Virus record (IMG/VR): IMGVR_UViG_3300035429_000176
Length of the DNA: 64,000 nucleotides
From: an uncultured virus (IMG/VR IMGVR_UViG_3300035429_000176)
Lineage: Duplodnaviria; Heunggongvirae; Uroviricota; Caudoviricetes
Direction: 5' to 3' (one strand)
Of the stretch, positions 59,713 through 64,000 are shown one piece after another. The position numbers and the translations under genes are program-made. The notes beneath the pieces were generated by a model. That model was not told where the DNA came from, ran no database searches, and was given only the letters and a program-made list of their open reading frames with translations. The stretch's first letter is position 1; every line of letters begins with the position of its first letter.

Positions 59713-59723
59713 AGGATTACGGA

Positions 59724-59936
59724 TTAAAGTGAATACTCTGCACGATAATTTTCATCGGTTTTAATGAAATATGTAAGCACTTTTATTAGGGAACGTTTAG
59801 AACCGGGCTTGGCAATAGAGTCAACCAGACTTTCTCTCTTTTGCTTGTCTGTAGCAATAAAGATGTAGCCCACGTGTCTTGCTTCCGGTTTAAGAGGCTT
59901 GATTTGAGAATTTAATTTTTTGAAATTGATAGACAT
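59724..59936 (-). CDS. Hypothetical early protein (70 aa)
   Basis: ORF from MSINFKK. Confidence 0.5.
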   Translation of the reverse strand: MSINFKKLNSQIKPLKPEARHVGYIFIATDKQKRESLVDSIAKPGSKRSLIKVLTYFIKTDENYRAEYSL

Positions 59937-59955
59937 GATATTGTAAGTTAAGAGG

Positions 59956-60153
59956 TTATTTGTTTTCATTTTGAAACTCCATCCATGATATACGTACCAG
60001 TTTCCATGTGAGAAAGATGAATACAGCTGATACAAGATAGCCAATGAACGATGCGATGTTTCCAAGTATGATATGTGCCACAATGCTGACAACCACCGCA
60101 AAAAGCATGATGCAGGATAGTATCAGTTGTGAAATATTTACAAATTTGTTCAT
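59956..60153 (-). CDS. Small two-TM early protein
   Basis: Two hydrophobic segments. Confidence 0.55.
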   Translation of the reverse strand: MNKFVNISQLILSCIMLFAVVVSIVAHIILGNIASFIGYLVSAVFIFLTWKLVRISWMEFQNENK

Positions 60154-60165
60154 GATGATTACAAA

Positions 60166-60357
60166 TTACGATATTCTGATTACTGTTATGATACGCTTTT
60201 CTCGGTCCGTTTCTGTCTGGTACTTACGATTCAGGATAAGTCCGAGGTCGGAAGCCTGAGCACGGACGCTCTTAGTCTTTTCAATGGGGAAAGTAACCGC
60301 TTTACCTACTTTCAAATCCGTTAAAGTTGGACGTACTTTTACTTGATTTTCTGCCAT
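60166..60357 (-). CDS. Cro-like small DNA-binding protein
   Basis: First gene of the early operon, divergent from the repressor; TATCTTTG box at 60398-60405 (-). Confidence 0.6.
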   Translation of the reverse strand: MAENQVKVRPTLTDLKVGKAVTFPIEKTKSVRAQASDLGLILNRKYQTETDREKRIITVIRIS

Positions 60358-60470
60358 TTTATTTGTTTTTTATGGGTTATTGTTTAACTTTATAGTGCAA
60401 AGATAATCAATCTACTTGATTATAAGAGTAAATATACTGATTTAACAAGTAAATTAACTATTATTAAAAT

Positions 60471-60854
60471 ATGGAAACCATAAACGACAGGCTGCAATGG
60501 ATTGTCAATGAAAAATTTGATGGCAATAAAGCTGCTTTTGCAAAAGCCATTGGAATCGTGCCAACAAGTATATCTAATTATTTAGGAAAGCAAAGAGCGT
60601 CTAAACCTTCCGTTGATATGATTGCTAAAATCGTCAATGTACTTAACGTGGACGCTCGTTGGCTTCTCACAGGGGAAGAGACAGCAAAAGTTGAGCAAGT
60701 TTTAACTCATGGTGATTTCTCACCGGCTTCAATCCATGGGGATGCGGTGAATGGCAACATGGATATTGCTGTTTTGCAAGAAAAGGTGAAACATTTAGAG
60801 GAACTTCTTGCAGAAAAAGAAAGATTGATAAGTGTTTTGATGGAACGGAAATGA
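60471..60854 (+). CDS. CI-like XRE repressor
   Basis: NKAAFAKAIGIVPTSISNY HTH and VDARWLLTG; C-terminal coiled coil. Confidence 0.85.
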   Translation: METINDRLQWIVNEKFDGNKAAFAKAIGIVPTSISNYLGKQRASKPSVDMIAKIVNVLNVDARWLLTGEETAKVEQVLTHGDFSPASIHGDAVNGNMDIAVLQEKVKHLEELLAEKERLISVLMERK

Positions 60855-61915
60855 GAAAGGGTTTAAGCTGTATAGGTCTTTGGTTGTGTCTGCTTTTAAT
60901 TATAGGGTGTTCAAACTCTGATAGCCAACCTGAGAATGTTGAGGTATATTTGGAAGCTAATACCGACCGTGTTTTATTAAAGGAAGAAGGTGGTACAGCT
61001 TACATAAATATTGCTTCCAATACGAGGTGGACGATACTAGTTGAAAATGATGAAATACCGGTTATTGATTTGGATATTACTCCACTTGCAGGTGACGGAG
61101 ATGGTGCTATTAAAATAACTTATGGTCGTGAGATAAACAAAGTACAGTGTGAACACGCTACTCTTATTTTTTATTATTATTCTGAAGGAAAAAGAGTAAG
61201 TAAGGAAGTGATTTTGACTAGGCAAGAAAATGATGGTAATAAAGATGAAGAGGGTTGGAAAACTTTTACAACTTTTGCAAAAGCTACAAATTCTTTTCCT
61301 GCTACATTTAAGACCATGGATGGGTATAAATTAATACCCACAGCTATTTCGATTTTCTCAACACCTGGTGATGTGTATTATATTGCAGGTCAGTATAAAG
61401 ATTCTATGTTTGATATAGAAAAGAAAGAAATACATCTAGAGCTTTTGAGTGAACCTGTTTGTATAAGTGGATTATCAATTGGATTTGAGAGTGTTGATGC
61501 ATACCCTTCAAATGCTCCTTTTCATTCATCTAATTATAATGAAGTTAAACCTGTACTTTTTGATGAACATACTATAATTATTCCTATGTTTTTCTGGGTT
61601 GCTAGTACGACTGATGCAATACAAGAAGAGTTAAAACGGCATTCCTTTATGTTGGTGTATGATTCTAATGGAAATTCTGATAGTAATTTGGGGGTGTGTT
61701 TGTTGCATAATGTTTCGGATGATGAATATAGGATAAGAACATTATATACTGTACAATATTGTGCGTTTGATATAGCGTCTGCAATTAGCCGATTTGAATC
61801 GGAGAAAGGAAATAAACCTAGTAGAATGACAATAGAGTATAAAGTGAATTCATTAAGTGATCGTTTAGAGGATGCTAGGATTGAAAAATATACTTTAGAT
61901 TATAAATTTCAATAG
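60851..61915 (+). CDS. BACON-domain lipoprotein
   Basis: Lipobox LLLIIGC followed by acidic residues; EGGTAYINIASNTRWTI and P.AGDGDG BACON pattern; overlaps the cI stop. Confidence 0.75.
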   Translation: MRKGLSCIGLWLCLLLIIGCSNSDSQPENVEVYLEANTDRVLLKEEGGTAYINIASNTRWTILVENDEIPVIDLDITPLAGDGDGAIKITYGREINKVQCEHATLIFYYYSEGKRVSKEVILTRQENDGNKDEEGWKTFTTFAKATNSFPATFKTMDGYKLIPTAISIFSTPGDVYYIAGQYKDSMFDIEKKEIHLELLSEPVCISGLSIGFESVDAYPSNAPFHSSNYNEVKPVLFDEHTIIIPMFFWVASTTDAIQEELKRHSFMLVYDSNGNSDSNLGVCLLHNVSDDEYRIRTLYTVQYCAFDIASAISRFESEKGNKPSRMTIEYKVNSLSDRLEDARIEKYTLDYKFQ

Positions 61916-62032
61916 AAAAACGCTGCTAACAAATAGTTGTACAATATTATAGAACTCGTTGAAAAGCAACGATAATTAGCTGCGGCGCAGGCAGCAATCG
62001 AGGAATAACGGTAGTTCCGATTTAGTTGTTGA

Positions 62033-62074
62033 ATTAGGCTGTAATGACTTGTAAATAAGGCATTACAGCCTAAT
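62033..62074. terminator. Perfect 14-bp inverted repeat (terminator or att-associated hairpin)
   Basis: ATTAGGCTGTAATG-N14-CATTACAGCCTAAT. Confidence 0.7.
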
Positions 62075-62132
62075 CTGTTTTCAGACGGTTCGTTCATTTG
62101 ACCGCATAAGAATAGCCAAATGAACGGTATTT

Positions 62133-62187
62133 GCATACACCTGGACATACATTTGTGAATATAGGAGCATACACCAAAGCATACACC
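62133..62187 (+). repeat. Three GCATACACC direct repeats upstream of int (candidate arm-type sites)
   Basis: Copies at 62133, 62167 and 62179, plus a degenerate ACATACATT at 62145. Confidence 0.6.
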
Positions 62188-62203
62188 ATTAAATTATTGA
62201 TAT

Positions 62204-63406
62204 ATGGCTACATTTAAAGCAGTTGTAAGAAAGAAAAGAGCCGATGGCTTTTATCCGGTGTACATTCGCATCGTTCACCGTTCCAGAATGGGTTATATCA
62301 AAACTGATAAGCTCATTACAGATAAGCAAATTCTAAAGTCTGGAGAAATTAAAGATGCGGTAGTAAATGAATATTGTTCAAGGGAAATCCTGAAATACAC
62401 CGATATGGCGAATCGCAAGGATATATCCGAATACTCTGTTTCAGAACTGATAGAGTATCTTACTCACGTAGAGGATAATGTTTGCTTTAGCGAATATGCA
62501 ACCATGCATATCAATCGTATGATTTGCGAGGGTCACGAACGTAATGCGAAGAATTATCGTCTTGCTGTTAATCATTTGGAGCGTTATCTTGGAACAACCC
62601 ATGTGATGTTTAATCACTTGACATCAACCGTACTAAAGAAATGGATTGCATCCCTTTCTTTAACCAATAGAGCCAAAGAAATGTATCCGACTTGTATAAG
62701 ACAAATTTTTAAATGTGCGATAGCGGAATATAATGATGAAGAACGTGATATAATACGTATCAAGTTCAATCCATGGCACAAAGTTCAAATACCCAAGTCA
62801 GATACAACACTAAAACGTGCTATTAGCGCAGAGGCTTGTCGTGAGTTTTTCAATCGTCCGTTGCCTATAAGCAAAATGATTTCTTCCCTGCCAGAATTGG
62901 GAAGAGATATTGCTCTTCTTTCTCTTTGTTTGGGAGGTATCAATTCTGTTGATTTGTACGAACTCAAAAAGAAAGACTACCAAAATGGAGTCATTGGCTA
63001 TAAAAGAGCAAAGATTAGAAACAGTCGCCGTGATGAAGGTTATATGGAAATGAGAGTTGAACCGTTTATCCAATCCACGTTTGACAAATACCTCTCTACT
63101 GATGAAAATGAAGAATATCTGTTTAATTTCCACAAGCGTTACAGCAATTCCGACAGTTTCAATGCGAATGTAAACATCGGAATACGAAAGATTTGTCTGG
63201 ATATGGGTATGAGTAAAGAAGATTGTTATTGTTTCTATACATCCCGGCACACGTTCGCTACGATGATGCTTACCCTCGGTGCGGATCTTTATACCACGAG
63301 CAAACTGCTCGGCCATGCCAACGTGAAGACCACGCAGATATACGCGAAAATCGTTGACAGCAAGAAGACGGAAGCCGTCAATCTGGTAGATAAGGTGTTT
63401 GATTAG
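62204..63406 (+). CDS. int: Tyrosine integrase, apparently chimeric after ~63240
   Basis: Arm-binding N-terminus, SAM-like domain and catalytic YTSRHT...LGH...TTQIY. Confidence 0.92.
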   Translation: MATFKAVVRKKRADGFYPVYIRIVHRSRMGYIKTDKLITDKQILKSGEIKDAVVNEYCSREILKYTDMANRKDISEYSVSELIEYLTHVEDNVCFSEYATMHINRMICEGHERNAKNYRLAVNHLERYLGTTHVMFNHLTSTVLKKWIASLSLTNRAKEMYPTCIRQIFKCAIAEYNDEERDIIRIKFNPWHKVQIPKSDTTLKRAISAEACREFFNRPLPISKMISSLPELGRDIALLSLCLGGINSVDLYELKKKDYQNGVIGYKRAKIRNSRRDEGYMEMRVEPFIQSTFDKYLSTDENEEYLFNFHKRYSNSDSFNANVNIGIRKICLDMGMSKEDCYCFYTSRHTFATMMLTLGADLYTTSKLLGHANVKTTQIYAKIVDSKKTEAVNLVDKVFD

Positions 63407-63409
63407 TAA

Positions 63410-63540
63410 AGCATTTTGAGAATCATGCTATTTTTAAGGATATTAATATTGAGATTCACTTTTACCACGCAAGCATTTTGAGATTTGTGTAATTTTTCAA
63501 TGAAAACATTTTGAGATATGTGCGGATTCTCTTATCTTTG
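63410..63540 (+). promoter_or_regulatory. CATTTTGAGA direct repeats and TATCTTTG promoter upstream of the AAA ATPase
   Basis: Repeats at 63412, 63474 and 63507 (degenerate copy at ~63445); -7 box at 63533-63540. Confidence 0.55.
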
Positions 63541-63566
63541 TCCCATATTGATAACTGTGCAGATAT

Positions 63567-64000
63567 ATGATATTCAAAAGGAAAATATATAATGAGCTTC
63601 TGCAATGGAAGCGGACGGATGAAGGCAGGACTGCCCTATTGATACAGGGTGCGAGACGTGTCGGGAAATCCACCATCGCTGAAGAGTTTGCAACTAACGA
63701 ATACGAAACCCATATACTGGTGGATTTTGCCGCATGTTCGACAGAAATTCGGGATTTGTTCAATGACGTGTCCGACCTTAACCGAATTTTCATGCGCCTG
63801 CAACTGGAATACGCTGTCGAGTTGAAGGAACGGAAGTCTGTCATCATCTTTGATGAAGTCCAGCTTGCACCCAAAGCGAGGCAGGCGATCAAGTATCTTG
63901 TGAAAGACGGAAGGTATGATTACATAGAGACCGGCTCGTTGATTTCAATCCGAAAGAATGTCAAGGACATCCTGATTCCAAGCGAGGAGGTCAAACTCCA
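63567..64000 (+). CDS. AAA_14/DUF4143-family ATPase, partial (runs off the window)
   Basis: Translated by hand: MIFKRKIYNELLQWK...QGARRVGKST...IIFDEVQ...ETGSL. Absent from the ORF track because it has no stop in the window. Confidence 0.85.
   Translation, partial: MIFKRKIYNELLQWKRTDEGRTALLIQGARRVGKSTIAEEFATNEYETHILVDFAACSTEIRDLFNDVSDLNRIFMRLQLEYAVELKERKSVIIFDEVQLAPKARQAIKYLVKDGRYDYIETGSLISIRKNVKDILIPSEEVKL

Larger units (their letters stand above)
1..63240. mobile_element. Temperate Bacteroidales phage/prophage, probably podovirus-like; left boundary outside the window, right boundary uncertain (~61,960 or ~63,240)
   Basis: Terminase, portal, capsid, lysis, replication, cro/cI and integrase modules are all present. 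A non-phage AAA ATPase gene follows at 63567. Confidence 0.93.

Noticed and set aside
1..63240. Naming the phage (e.g. LoVEphage-like or Hankyphage)
   Set aside because: Cannot be verified without a search. The tyrosine integrase and lack of a Mu-type transposase argue against Hankyphage.
1..64000. A second DGR variable repeat elsewhere in the window
   Set aside because: None seen by eye; a BLASTN of the TR with a short word size would be needed to exclude it.

Overview
Almost the whole window (1 to ~63,240) is a temperate phage or prophage of a Bacteroidales host, judged from TAnnTTTG promoters and the gene families. It is probably podovirus-like: it has ejection-type proteins and a nozzle-like tail protein, and I found no tape measure gene. 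From left to right it carries an iteron-like palindrome array, TerS, ejection proteins including a 5032-aa polyvalent DarB-like protein, a two-gene moron flanked by direct repeats, portal, TerL, a rhomboid protease, scaffold and capsid. Next comes a 2641-aa tail/adhesin protein targeted by a diversity-generating retroelement (VR 36397-36513, TR 37408-37523, RT 37627-39117) with a RelE/HigBA-type toxin-antitoxin pair between VR and TR. Lysis and head-tail genes follow, then a leftward early, replication and DNA-modification operon, a cro/cI switch, a BACON lipoprotein and a tyrosine integrase with an apparently foreign C-terminus. A non-phage AAA ATPase gene runs off the right edge. The most notable unannotated structures are: (i) the DGR layout (TA in the accessory-gene slot, a ~110-aa domain fused to the RT, an assembly gap exactly over the VR); (ii) eight copies of a fixed-spacing promoter motif (AAWAGWTA core-containing 15-mer, N22, TAnnTTYG) defining a probable late regulon; (iii) a helically phased origin-like array far from the replication initiator gene; (iv) a nested out-of-frame MTase subunit; (v) a tRNA-like RNA with an aberrant anticodon arm; (vi) a chimeric integrase. 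All family assignments come from reading motifs by eye; no database searches were run.
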